This document shows positions 47,538 to 58,265 of a stretch of 60,676 nucleotides of DNA, piece after piece. This DNA is from Thraustochytrium aureum (taxonomy: Eukaryota). The stretch lies in NCBI GenBank assembly GCA_012862495.1, contig BLSG01000329.1, positions 208,808-269,483 on the forward strand, read 5' to 3'. The notes under the pieces are model-generated. The model ran no database searches. It saw only the letters and a program-made list of their open reading frames with translations, and was not told the DNA's origin. The stretch's first letter is position 1. The number at the start of each line of letters is the position of its first letter. The position numbers and the translations under genes were made by a program.

Positions 47538-50500
47538 TCACCGCTTTCGCGGGGCGCGAATGCGAATATGCACCGCGCTGCCGAGCGTCAAAGAGCGGTG
47601 GTCGGCCCAGACGTAAATGATGTGGCGGCCGGGAAGCTGGCGCTTGCGGAAGCGGCCTCCCTCGACCACAATGTCAAACTGGACCACAGACGCGCCACTT
47701 GGCGCGAGGAAGTGGACGTCGGGGACGAAGACCTCGGTCGCAAACCTCAAGTTGCCGTACTCAAAGTTGCGCGGGTTGGGGTCGTAAGCGTGTTCAAAGA
47801 CCAGCGTCTTCCGGTTGAAGACCGTGAGCCTCGGCATGCCGCACACGAACGGGGCGAATGGACGAGAAAGCCAGCAACCGCTCGCCCGCCGCTGTTGATG
47901 TCGATCGACGCGTCGACGAGCTGCTGGTCCCGCGAAAAGGGGAAAGGTCCTCGAGGTTCCACATGTCACCCCAGTCGTTCGAATTGTCCGCGCAGTAGTT
48001 CCACTGCGTTGAGTGAAGCTGCAGCGCGTCCATGACGTCATAGTACAGTGTAAGGGCCCGTTCGTGCGCGCGAAAGTCGTTGGAGCGAAATCCCTGCTTG
48101 TTGTTGAGGTTGTATGGGATCCCAAACTCTCCGATAAGGGTCGGCATGGTAATCTTGGTCCCATCAAGAGCCTCAGGGAGCTCGCTGATCGCCCGGAGGT
48201 CGCGCTGGTGCATCGCATATATCCGCGACTTGCCGAAGACAGGTAGCCGTGAGCTCACATCCACGGAAAAATTGGCGTTGAAGTTGGACGTGAAGAGAGT
48301 GTACCCGTCGTACCAATGCGAGGCGTTTACGATCCCTCCAGGGTCGCTGTGGTCCCAGACAAACTCCTTTTCTCCAAACCCGTCCCCTTCTGCGAATAGT
48401 ATGGCGCGGGGCATCTCGCTTCGGATCATGCTGATGTACAAGACCATGAAAGGCCGAAGAAAGTCCCGGAAGAACTGCACCTCGCGCTGCGGAGCGTGAG
48501 GGAATACACTAAAGTAGTCCGGACGCAACAGCGTTGCGCGCTGCTCGGTCACTCCGGTGCTTTCGTCCCGATGGTCTGTGACCGCCCAAACACCATGCTG
48601 GCGCCAGATGTCCGTGACACCAGGCAGCCAAGCTGGTACACGAGCTGGGTTGGCGCGATATCGGCCGGTGATGAGCCCGATCCGGTTTGCGCGCCCGATG
48701 ACGCGATCCATCCCTGCTGCCGTGACCATCGCATCGAACGGGCGAAACACAGGGCCGGGTGGGATGACGGGGTCTGGCAGGGCGTCCAAGCGGTGGCCAA
48801 TGAACCCGGGGGACGGCTCGTTGAAGCTGTCGAAGCCGAGGACATGTGGCATGTCTTTTACACGACGTACGACCTGCATCATGGCATTGATAAAGTGCCG
48901 CTGCAGGAACTCTTGGATTGGCACTCCGCCTTCGACAGAGTATTGGGGCGCAAAGTCGTTCCCGCCCCAGAACAGCGTAAACATGTGCAGAGCGGCGAAG
49001 CGCTGGTAGTTTTGCGGCCAGGACATCCGCTGGAAGTTGGCCGGGTCCGCTGACGCGCTGTGAGTAAAGGCCGCCTCGCTCCGCTCCAAGTTGGCGAGGT
49101 CTAGCCCTGCGGCGGCCAGCGTCCAGGCAGGAGCGCCAGAGCCGCCAGTCATGCGGCTCCACACGTCCTGGTGAGGGTCAATGAAGACGTAGAATCCGAA
49201 GCGGCCTGCGAGGCGCACGACAGTCTCGACATAGTCCAAGTAAGCGACGTCGTACTTTCCGGGGCCAGCGTGCTCGATGGCCTCCCATGTGACTAGAAAG
49301 CGTAGACAGTTGAATCCCCACCGCCGGAGCCGAGTAAAGTGCTCCTTCGCTTCGGAAAGCGGGAACGGTCGCCCCACGAATGACAGAGCAGCCGCCGCGG
49401 CAGGGTCTTTCAGCGTTCCCCAGTCGATTCGCAAGTGTGTTTGGCTCGCAGGGAAGCTCGGCAACTTGCAGTTCCCTGAGAGGTTTACTCCACGCAAAAG
49501 CACGGCGCGGCCGAGCGGCGCTTCTGGCCCGTGGTACTCGTGGAACCATCGCCCCTTCGTTACGAGGGGGACGAGCAGGGGTTCGGCCTCCTGCTCGCTC
49601 GGGCCCAGCCCGCTTAGCGGGTCAAGGACGGCAGCCCGCTCTGCTTTGGCGCGAAGGTGGGCGGACTCGAGCGTCAGCGCGTGGCCGTCAAAGGTAGCCA
49701 AGGGCTCCTCCGTTTCTGCTTTAGTAGGCTGGCTCGGAGGAGTCCACGCCTCGCTCATGCGGCGCTGCGCGCCCGATCCGGCGCCCAAGGCAGAGGGCCT
49801 CGTTTCTGCAGGCGTTCTCATGCTCCTGTTCGCGGGGTCGAGCCCGCGGGGAATCCCTGAACCAGGCCCTTGAAGTGTATTCACGACCCTGAACGAGTCA
49901 GACGGGGCACCGTACTCGGGGTCACCGTCGTCCATCACAGTGGCTTCAGAGCTGTACTGGGCGAGGTTGTGCGCGGTCGCCGCTTTCAGCGCCGCGTCGT
50001 AGGGCGGTGGCGCGTCGCCACCTTGATGCAAATTCCACTGCGACGTTCCAGCACTTTCGAAAGCGAATTGCTCGTCATGCTGCGCGGTCCCCGGCCAAGA
50101 GCTCGACTGCTGGGCAAGACGCCTTTGCTGGGGGCGTCGCTCGCTCGTGAGGGTGAAACTTTGGGGATCCGCTCCCTCCAGCGCAGACACCAACAAGTTC
50201 AGCCCGTTCACCGCGCTAAGGGATGCAACGTGCGGCTTGGATGCTGCGCGACGCGGTGGGGCTGCTGTGTGCACTTGGTGAACCTCACACTGCACAACGC
50301 AGCCCGCCCTGGAGAACAGCGCTAGTTCGACGACTGCAGGCACACTCGCCGTGTCCAGAAAGAAGGAGACGGTCCCTGCCTCGCGCTCTGATTGTGCCGC
50401 AAGGAAGAGCTCCCGTGTGGCGTTTCGGGGGGCCGCGCTGTCGAATGCGTTGGCATACTCTTCGAGAGAGGTTTGGCGCGCGAAGCTGTGAAACGCGAAC

Positions 50501-51159
50501 ACGTCGTGGTTATGCACGTCGCGGACGGCCACTGAGACTCTGGCTTTGCTGTTCTTGTCGCGCATCGCCTTGACCTTGTTCATCAGTCGCTCGCGACGGC
50601 TGCGCGGACGACCGCGCCTCTGCTGCTCAGCCTCGAGCGACATCGGCTGGTCTAGATTGAGGCTAGCGAGGGTACCGCTGCTTGAGAGCGCACTACTGCT
50701 TCCGACGTCTACCTTATCGTTCACTTGCTCGCCTTGCCCGAGCGTCGCGAGGCTGTCGCGCAGTCCCGCCTCCTCAACGCTTCCAAGGGCCCCTTCCTGC
50801 GCCGCTAGATGCTCCGAAGCTGCAGCTGTTGCCTCGGCGGCAGCAGCAGCAGCGCCGGCCGCAGAGGTGGCGCCAACTTGGATTGTCTGCTCGGCCAACA
50901 AGAGCGTCACTTGGACGAAACCTGGCTTGCCCACGACGAACCTGTGCGAGCAGGGCACGCCACGATCGCACTTGTACGCGTGGCGGCCGACCAGGGTACG
51001 TGTGGCAGCAAGGGGAGACGGCGGCTGCTCAGCAATGCGCTGCTGAGCGAGCGCGAGCGCCTGGCTCTGCGCCTCTGGGCCAGCTGCGCTCAACTGCAGT
51101 GGGCCATCGTGCGAAGAGACCGGGCGCGCCCTTCGAGGCTCTGCCATTCGCCTTGTCAC
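47538..51159 (-). CDS. Glycoside hydrolase family 5, endoglycoceramidase-related (steryl-beta-glucosidase/glucosylceramidase-like), with long N-terminal extension; frameshifts ~47937 and ~47868
   Basis: LLRGVNLSG.CKLP, FVGRPFPL, RFLVTWEAIEHAGPGKYD, IDPHQDVWSRMTGGSGAP, NEP (acid/base Glu), HWYD, IGEFGIP (nucleophile Glu), WNYCADN, WNLEDLS(P)FS. First ATG at ~51147. Confidence 0.92.
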
Positions 51160-52092
51160 CAGCGCGGTCCCTCCGCCGGCCAGGTCACCCGCACGTTCAG
51201 GTACTCCCTAGGTCTCCGGGACCTGTAGCAGCCGCCGCACCCCAGGAACTGCAGCAGCCGCCCGCCGCACGCGGGGCACCAACGAACTGACTGGCGAAAA
51301 GAAAAGATCTGTTTCTGTTCCTGACCTCAACAGCAAGCCAGTCACAGATGCACAGATTCATTCAGCTGTCCCGGGCCAGCAGCGTTGAGGGGATAAATCG
51401 AGGACCCGGAGAGACTGATGAAGGGCGAAGTGTGCGAAAATTGCGTTGCGAATTTGACTGGGTACAAAGAGAATGAGTTCCGTTAGATGGCCTGCGGAGG
51501 GTTTCTGGCGCGATCAGGGTATGGAGGGCCGTGGTCAGAGTTGCGGCAGGGCAGAGCGTGGATGCTCTTTTCCACCAGCCGGCGGCTCGCAACTGCTCTC
51601 TCCTATGAAAAAGCAAGGAGAGTCGTTGGTACCGTGTTTCGCGAAAAGCACGTCCAGACTCCTCTGCAAGCGCGTCGCCCGTGGTCCGTACGAACGGAGT
51701 ACTCCCGAGTACGTTGAAGGGCTGGACACACGAGCCGGGCGATTTGTCCGTCAGGCCGTCAGACACACGCAGTCACTTTTGTCGGACGAACGCTGCGTGC
51801 GTTGAGCAGCGAGCCGCCAGCCAGCGAGCGTCTTGGCAGCGCGTCGACCGTGGCAGAGGCTTGGCCGGTGCTGGCCTGGCTTGCGAAACCGCGCCGGTAT
51901 ACAGGGGACAAAAGTGGACATTGGAGAAAGCCATTGGGCAGTGACAGACGCGCTGGGTGCCTCGTAGGTAGCAGCCAAGCAGGCGCGCCAGAAATCTCTC
52001 AACAAGGAGGCCAGGGCACGCGGTTTGTGCCGCTTGCCGCCGCAAGGTCGGTGAAGCCAAGGGCGAGATCCACAGCCATATCGGGTGGAACG

Positions 52093-54531
52093 ATGGTTCG
52101 CCGCATGTCCGTCTCTCAGGAGGTCGGGTCCATCTCGGAGATCCCCGACATTGTCCGCAGCTCAGTCGGACTCCTTGGGCGGCTCAACGGGAGGAAGTCT
52201 CGCGTTGCGCCCAACGACGAGTACCAGAATGAGGCGAACGACGCAGAGAAAGAGCGCGTCGCAGTCGAGTTCGGGCCGTTCAAGACGTACAAGTACTTTG
52301 AATTCCCCGACATAACGCCTGCAAAGCTACGGGCGATGACGAGCATGAAAACCGACAGAGGCGAGCTGTCTGGCGCGGGGCGGTTGCAGCACCTCACATG
52401 GCTGCACCGGAGCGCGTCGCGCCTCGCGTTCAACAAATTGGTCCTGCTTTGTGCCACATACGGCGTTGCGAGCACGCCCTTTATTGTTGCTCTTGGCTTC
52501 CCGATGAGGGGAGCTCTTGCAAGCATGCAGAGCTTTCTGTACGCGCTGTACATGGTTGACATCGTGCTCAACTTTTTCACGACGTTCATGTGGGTGGACG
52601 GGCACGACGTGACAAATCACAAGTGGATCGCGTGGCGCTACCTTACGTCGTGGTTCTTGATCGACCTGGCGGCGGCCATGCCGTACTCTATCTACCAGGA
52701 CGCAGAGAAGATTGAGAACGACTTTGAGTTCAAGTGGCAGCCCAGAGGTAGCAAGAACCCGCTGACCTTGGCATCCGTCTTCCAGCTTGGGGCAGTCTTT
52801 GCAAAATTTACGCGCGAGATGATCCGGGTGCGGCGCGCCGGGATCCTCAACGAGTCTGCCCTCTGGTACGGATTCAGCTTGCTGGCCAACATTGGCGCAT
52901 TTCTTCAGCTCGGAACGGTCACGTTTTTCTTCTGCTGCCAGACGCAATACTCGATCTGGTGGGACAACCACCTCGGCATTGGCGACGTTGAGGTGAACTC
53001 GTACTTTTTGCGCTACACCGTCTTCCTCCACGCGACGATTGTGGTCGTACTTGGGAAGGGGGACCCAACCTCGCTCCCGGAGCGCTGGTACGCGATGGTG
53101 ATGAACATCGTCGGGCTTTTTATCACTGCGACGCTGGTCGGTCAGGTGACACACCTGATCCAAAAATACAACGCCAAGGAGACCAAGTGGAGGATGAAGA
53201 TGGGCGAGGTGAATGACTCGATGCTGCAGATGGGCATCAATGACGAGCTGCAAACACGCATTAGAAATTATTACGCCTTCTCTTGGGCAGTGAACGGCGG
53301 AGACGACAAGGGCCACTCGTGGTTGAGCGACCTGAGCCGCTCGTACCATGAGGAAGCCAAGATCCAGGTCAACGAGAACCTGATCGCGAGTGTGCCGATT
53401 TTCAAGGAGGCCAACCGGCACTTTGTGCACGCCGTGATCATGAACCTCAAGCAGCAGCTCTACTTGCCTGGCGACTACATCATCAAGTTTGGTGACATCG
53501 GCGATGAGATGTTTTTCGTCGTTCGCGGCACGGTGCAGGCCATGGACCAGGCTGAAACCATGGTGTACACTGTCCTCAGCGAAGGCAGCTTCTTTGGCGA
53601 AATCGCTCTACTCAAGAAGAACTCGCGGCGCACTGCGACAGTGCGGGCCTTCACATACGCGCAGCTCAACGTCCTCTACAAGACCGACTTTGAAGTGATT
53701 TTGCAACAGTTCCCAGAAGATGCAACTTTGCTGGAGAAGGAGGCGCAGCTCCGCGAGAAAAACTCGGAGAATGTGCAGCGGATCAAGGACAGGAGCTTGC
53801 GGAAACGAGGGGTGCGGCAGACGAGGCTGTCTGGAAAGGGGGACACGAGTCCATTTGGCAGCATAAGGACTGAAAGTGCTTCTGGTGCCGCAGAATCAGA
53901 TGACGTCGACAATGTCGTTGACACCACATACGGCTCGACGCGGTCGATCATGTCCAGTCCTGAGGGGGAAACTGGAACAAAGCCGATAAGTATGCTCAAG
54001 CGCATGTTGACGACAACAACGATTGCCAAGTCTCGTGGCGAGACCGCCTCCGGACGCCGTGTCTCCCAGAGCAAAGCGGTGCGATCGTCGGGAATCGCCG
54101 CCATTGCGGTGCACCGGTTCCAAACGGGGCCGTATGGCCATGAGAATACCATTCTGGACCTTGACACAGATGGAGAGCCCGAGACGTACTTCCAGGCAGC
54201 CCTTGGCCCGAATTCGTCGCCCAGTACGGCTGAGCTCCTCGCCACGATTAAGGTTTTATCGGAGGAGCTACTGAAGCACATGGCCGGAGCGCAACAGGCG
54301 GAAAGCAGCCTTCAAGTTCAAACCCAGGGAGATGTCACAACGCCCGAGCTTCTAGATGTCGACTCACCGAACCCGGAGGAGGCGGCGAGTTTGGGCGCCG
54401 GAGAAGTCGAAGCTGTTACTTGCCAAGCGATGGCGGATGCTGACCCAGACAACGATGCCGAGCCCGTCGATAAGCTGGCGCCTATCGAAGAGCCGGATTG
54501 CGAAGGGGCCCCCGCTGTGGCGGATCCTTGA
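52093..54531 (+). CDS. Cyclic-nucleotide-binding-domain cation channel (KCNH/HCN/CNG-like)
   Basis: DIVLNFFT, IAWRYLTSWFLIDLAAAMP, pore plus S6, C-linker (LQTRIRNYY), CNBD with PGDYIIKFGDIGDEMFFV, GSFFGEIALL, RRTATVRA. Confidence 0.93.
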   Translation: MVRRMSVSQEVGSISEIPDIVRSSVGLLGRLNGRKSRVAPNDEYQNEANDAEKERVAVEFGPFKTYKYFEFPDITPAKLRAMTSMKTDRGELSGAGRLQHLTWLHRSASRLAFNKLVLLCATYGVASTPFIVALGFPMRGALASMQSFLYALYMVDIVLNFFTTFMWVDGHDVTNHKWIAWRYLTSWFLIDLAAAMPYSIYQDAEKIENDFEFKWQPRGSKNPLTLASVFQLGAVFAKFTREMIRVRRAGILNESALWYGFSLLANIGAFLQLGTVTFFFCCQTQYSIWWDNHLGIGDVEVNSYFLRYTVFLHATIVVVLGKGDPTSLPERWYAMVMNIVGLFITATLVGQVTHLIQKYNAKETKWRMKMGEVNDSMLQMGINDELQTRIRNYYAFSWAVNGGDDKGHSWLSDLSRSYHEEAKIQVNENLIASVPIFKEANRHFVHAVIMNLKQQLYLPGDYIIKFGDIGDEMFFVVRGTVQAMDQAETMVYTVLSEGSFFGEIALLKKNSRRTATVRAFTYAQLNVLYKTDFEVILQQFPEDATLLEKEAQLREKNSENVQRIKDRSLRKRGVRQTRLSGKGDTSPFGSIRTESASGAAESDDVDNVVDTTYGSTRSIMSSPEGETGTKPISMLKRMLTTTTIAKSRGETASGRRVSQSKAVRSSGIAAIAVHRFQTGPYGHENTILDLDTDGEPETYFQAALGPNSSPSTAELLATIKVLSEELLKHMAGAQQAESSLQVQTQGDVTTPELLDVDSPNPEEAASLGAGEVEAVTCQAMADADPDNDAEPVDKLAPIEEPDCEGAPAVADP

Positions 54532-54811
54532 GCTTGCCAAGGTTGTTCGTACAACACGAACGAACGACTTGTTTCAATTGAAATCCGTCACGTTCCCCGC
54601 CGGGGCGCGCCAAAAGCAACAAGGGGCTTGCTGTGCTCACAACAGCTCAGCAAGCCAAGCGCGCCGCAAAACAAGGCGATGGTTGCTCTGGGGTTCTCGG
54701 AGCGCACGGTCTCAACGACGACCGTACGTCCCCGCACTTTGGCGAGGGCTTCCTGATGAGTATTTAAAAGGACGAAAGAACGAGACGGAGACGGGCATCA
54801 ATAAGATCGCT

Positions 54812-55407
54812 TTACTTCTTGGCCTTCACCTTGCGCTGGGCCACGACGCGCTTGACGATCTTCTGCTCCTCAATGAGGAAGGCGCGGACGATGCGATCGC
54901 GCACGCAGTGGGCGCAGTGCGAGCCGCCGTAGGCGCGGGACACATGCTTCTGGCGCTGGTGCAAAGTGCGGAACTTGCTCGGGCGAACAGCGGGGATCCC
55001 AGCAAGGTCGCGCTTGCAGTCGGAGCACTTGGGGACGCTCCCGCGCTTCTTCAGGTAGTGGGCAACAAGCTTGCCGCCTGCGGTGCCGCGCGGGTGGAAA
55101 GTTAGCGGTGCCGATCGTCACAAAGTTGACCAAACGCGCGGCGAGCTCAGCATCCGAGTTCGCCATGGCGGCGCCCTGCGCGCTGCCAGCCGCGACGCGC
55201 GGCGCCACAACGAGGCGCCTCGGTCTCCGGCCGGCTCGCGCGCGGCAATCCAAGCGCGCGGCAATCCAAGCGCGCGGCAATCCAAAGCGTGCAACAGCAC
55301 CTCCGTCGCCCTCACTTACCCGGCGTCTTGACGGCGTGCACCCTGTTGCTGGCCGTGCGGTAGCAGTGCCGCCGGCGGTAGGTCACGCGGATGTTCTTGA
55401 CCGTCAT
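54812..55407 (-). CDS. RPL34: 60S ribosomal protein L34 (eL34), 117 aa, exons 55407-55320 and 55077-54812
   Basis: Not in the ORF track. Manual translation gives MTVKNIRVTYRRRHCYRTASNRVHAVKTPG/GKLVAHYLKK...PKCSDC...LAGIPAVRP...VSRAYGGSHCAHCVRDRIVRAFLIEEQKIVK. The intron is GTAAGT...GCTAAC...CAG (242 nt). Confidence 0.98.
55238..55285. repeat. 16-bp tandem repeat x3 in RPL34 intron
   Basis: gcgcgcggcaatccaa x3. Confidence 0.9.
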
Positions 55408-56002
55408 CGTCGCTGCCCGAGTCTCTCTCCTGTTCCCTTGCGCTGGTCGCTCCTCGTGCGTGCTGGTCTGCCCTGCCACGAGCCGCCTGCCGCGCCCTGC
55501 CTCCTCCGATCACCCTCGGCCGCGCCCAGGGTCCTCCGAGGACGCCTCCCCCGCCACCGATTCCACGCCCGCCCTCCGTCGCACCCACCGCCCTCCACCG
55601 CACGACCGTACCCTAACCCCCGAAACAGAAGAGGAGGACCAGCACACACCCCTCGCACAACACTCCACCGCCGCCGGACCACCGGACAAGCAGAAGAACG
55701 AAGGAAAGCCTCGCTCGGGTTCGTTCAGGTTCGCTCAGGCTCGCTCAGGGGAACCACGAATTGGGGGTGGTTCTTCAGAGGAACGTGGTCATGGTTCTTT
55801 GCAAAAGAACACCGGAACGGAGTGGGAAGCTGTTCTGCATTCTTTCTGAATTCTGGTTCTTCAGAGGAACTCCACGCCGTTCTGTTCTGGTTCTTTCAGA
55901 GCATGTGTGGCTCTTTTGTTCCGCAGCACAGACGCACGATGTCTCATCGAGCAGGCCCTCAACACTCCGGTGCACGCGAGGCGTAGGAGCGACCGGGCTG
56001 CC

Positions 56003-56073
56003 TGGGTGCCTGCGGGTGGGTGCCTGCGGGTGGGTGCCTGCGGCTGGGTGCCTGCGGCTGGGTGCCTGCGGCT
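56003..56073. repeat. 14-bp tandem repeat x5 between divergent RPL34 and ABC1 kinase genes
   Basis: tgggtgcctgcgg(g/c) x5. Confidence 0.9.
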
Positions 56074-56241
56074 GTTTGTCTGTGGCATTCTGCCTGTGGG
56101 GTGGCTGTCTGTTGACGACCGGGTGATCTGGCCAAACCTCCGGCCACGAGAAGGAGCTGGGCTGAGCCTCCCGCGGCGTCCCGCCCCTCGTCGCAGGCGA
56201 CTGGCACGGGCAGGAGTGGTGGGACCAGGAGCGTTGCGAAA

Positions 56242-58107
56242 ATGATGCGGAAGGCGGTCCTGCGCCTTGGGGGCGGGGCCCTCGCGGCAACGGGGGCCTT
56301 TGCTGCTTACGAGCTGGCGACGGACGAGCGCGCTAGAAAGGCCGTCGCGCCGGGCAGCGCGGTCGATTTGCACGGCATCGCGCGTTTCTCGCGCACGATT
56401 GGCAACGTACTAGTCACGGCTGCCGACTACAAGCTCACCCTGTACAACCAGGACAAGGAGCGCGACTACGACGCGTACAAAGCAGCACTACGCGGGGCCA
56501 ATCTGCGCGCCGCAAAGCGGCTCCTTCGCGTGTGCCACACAAACGGCGGGCTCTACACAAAGTTCGGCCAAGGCATCGCCAACATGAATCACGCTGTCCC
56601 ACCCGAATTCACCGACACCCTCGCCCCCTTGCAGGATCAAGCCAAGGAGATGCCGGAGGAGATTGCGCTCGAAGCCGTTCAGGCCGAGCTTGGCAAGCCG
56701 ATCAACGAGGTCTTCTCCGAGTTCAACCCCAAGCCAATCGCTGCCGCGTCGCTCGCCCAAGTACATCGCGCCGTGCTCAGAGGATCGGGAGAGGCCGTCG
56801 CCGTCAAAGTGCAATACCCCTACTTGCGGGCTCAGACGGAAGGCGATCTCGCTACCCTGCAGCTCATTACCGAGTTGGTGGGGTACTGGTTCCCGGATTT
56901 CAGCTACACTTGGCTGACACCCGAGTTCCGCGACAATATGGAGCTTGAACTCGACTTTGTGCAAGAGGGCTACAACGGCGAGCGCCTCCGCAAGATGTTT
57001 GAGCATCGCACCGACGTCCTCGTCCCCCGCGTGCACTGGGAGCTCACCACGCGCCGCCTACTCGTGATGGACTTCATTGACAGAATCAAGATTAACAATC
57101 TTGAGGCGCTCGAGCAGAACGGCATCAACCCACTCGAGGTTGCGGACACGGTGTCGTCGGTATTTGGGGACATGATCCACGTGCATGGCTTTGTCCACTG
57201 CGACCCCCACCCGGGCAACCTTGGGGTTGTTCCGTACAACCCTGCCTCTCTCCAGGGCGGCATAGCAAAATTATCCGCTTTAGGCTATGCCGCAATTCCT
57301 CTCGTGCTGGGGACAACAGCCCTCGCAGCTCCAGGTTCACCTCTGGCGCTAGCGGGCGCGGCCACCGCCATCGCTTTCACCGCCGTTGGCGGTATTTTCT
57401 CGCTGCTGTCAAGCGAGTCGAACCGCAACAAGCGGTCCTTTGGAGGCGTCAATGGCGCTTCATACAAGCTAGTCGTCTTGGACCATGGCATGTACAGGCG
57501 CCTCGATCCAGACTTTCGCTCCACGTACTGCATGCTCTGGAAGGCGCTTCTGCTGCGCGACGCAGCCCTAGGCCGAACTGCGGCAGTCCGCCTCGGCGTT
57601 CCTGCAGAACATTACGACGTGCTCTCAATGATCTTCACGTTCCGGTCGCCGTCCAGCGCGGGCAAGACTGGCGAGCGCATGGATTCGAAGGAGCGCGCCC
57701 AGATGCGCGCGCAATACAAGGACACAACTATGGGCGACGTGAACGCGTTCCTGCAAATGCTGCCTCGTGATCTTCTGTTCGTCATGCGCTCGACCAACAT
57801 TGTACGATCCATCAACCTGTCCCTTGGCGGGACGAGCCGCTCGCGCTTCAAGATCATGGGCGAATCCGCCGTCCGAGGTGTCCTCATCCCCAACCCAGTC
57901 GCGTCTGTCTTCACTGAGGCCTGCGTGGCAAACCCAGAGCTTTCTTACCATGGACCGTACAGCATCAACATTCCGGTCGCCTCCGAGCTCGTCGACGCAG
58001 AGACAATCACTTGGACGCAGTTCTTTGAGGTGAAGCGGTTGCAAATGTACTTGAGCCTTATCGATCGCTCCTGGGACTTTGTGGCGCGTATCGTAAAGAT
58101 GCTGTGA
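56242..58107 (+). CDS. ADCK1: ABC1/UbiB atypical kinase, ADCK1-like
   Basis: NGGLYTKFGQ (KxGQ), LQDQA, PIAAASLAQVHRA, VAVKVQYP, ELDFVQEGYN, VHCDPHPGN, LDHGMY, LPRDLLFV. The orthologue assignment is by motif resemblance only. Confidence 0.9.
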   Translation: MMRKAVLRLGGGALAATGAFAAYELATDERARKAVAPGSAVDLHGIARFSRTIGNVLVTAADYKLTLYNQDKERDYDAYKAALRGANLRAAKRLLRVCHTNGGLYTKFGQGIANMNHAVPPEFTDTLAPLQDQAKEMPEEIALEAVQAELGKPINEVFSEFNPKPIAAASLAQVHRAVLRGSGEAVAVKVQYPYLRAQTEGDLATLQLITELVGYWFPDFSYTWLTPEFRDNMELELDFVQEGYNGERLRKMFEHRTDVLVPRVHWELTTRRLLVMDFIDRIKINNLEALEQNGINPLEVADTVSSVFGDMIHVHGFVHCDPHPGNLGVVPYNPASLQGGIAKLSALGYAAIPLVLGTTALAAPGSPLALAGAATAIAFTAVGGIFSLLSSESNRNKRSFGGVNGASYKLVVLDHGMYRRLDPDFRSTYCMLWKALLLRDAALGRTAAVRLGVPAEHYDVLSMIFTFRSPSSAGKTGERMDSKERAQMRAQYKDTTMGDVNAFLQMLPRDLLFVMRSTNIVRSINLSLGGTSRSRFKIMGESAVRGVLIPNPVASVFTEACVANPELSYHGPYSINIPVASELVDAETITWTQFFEVKRLQMYLSLIDRSWDFVARIVKML

Positions 58108-58265
58108 GTAGGGGCCGTGCGATTTACGAATGGGGGCTCAAGACGAGACAGCAAGTAGTTTCGGTAGTTTTTAAAGGGCACTAATCGCTTGCTTGGCGAC
58201 GTGGTAGACGCTCGTAGTTTGTAGGGACGCGATCCAAGTTGACCAGGCGCCCATTGCCACCCTCC

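Noticed and set aside
250..47940. Programmed ribosomal frameshifting or mass pseudogenisation
   Set aside because: The breaks share no slippery motif, fall mostly in homopolymer runs, and hit essential SART1 while catalytic motifs stay intact. Sequencing error is the simpler explanation.
55078..55319. snoRNA hosted in the RPL34 intron
   Set aside because: No properly placed C (RUGAUGA) and D (CUGA) box pair and no H/ACA layout seen.
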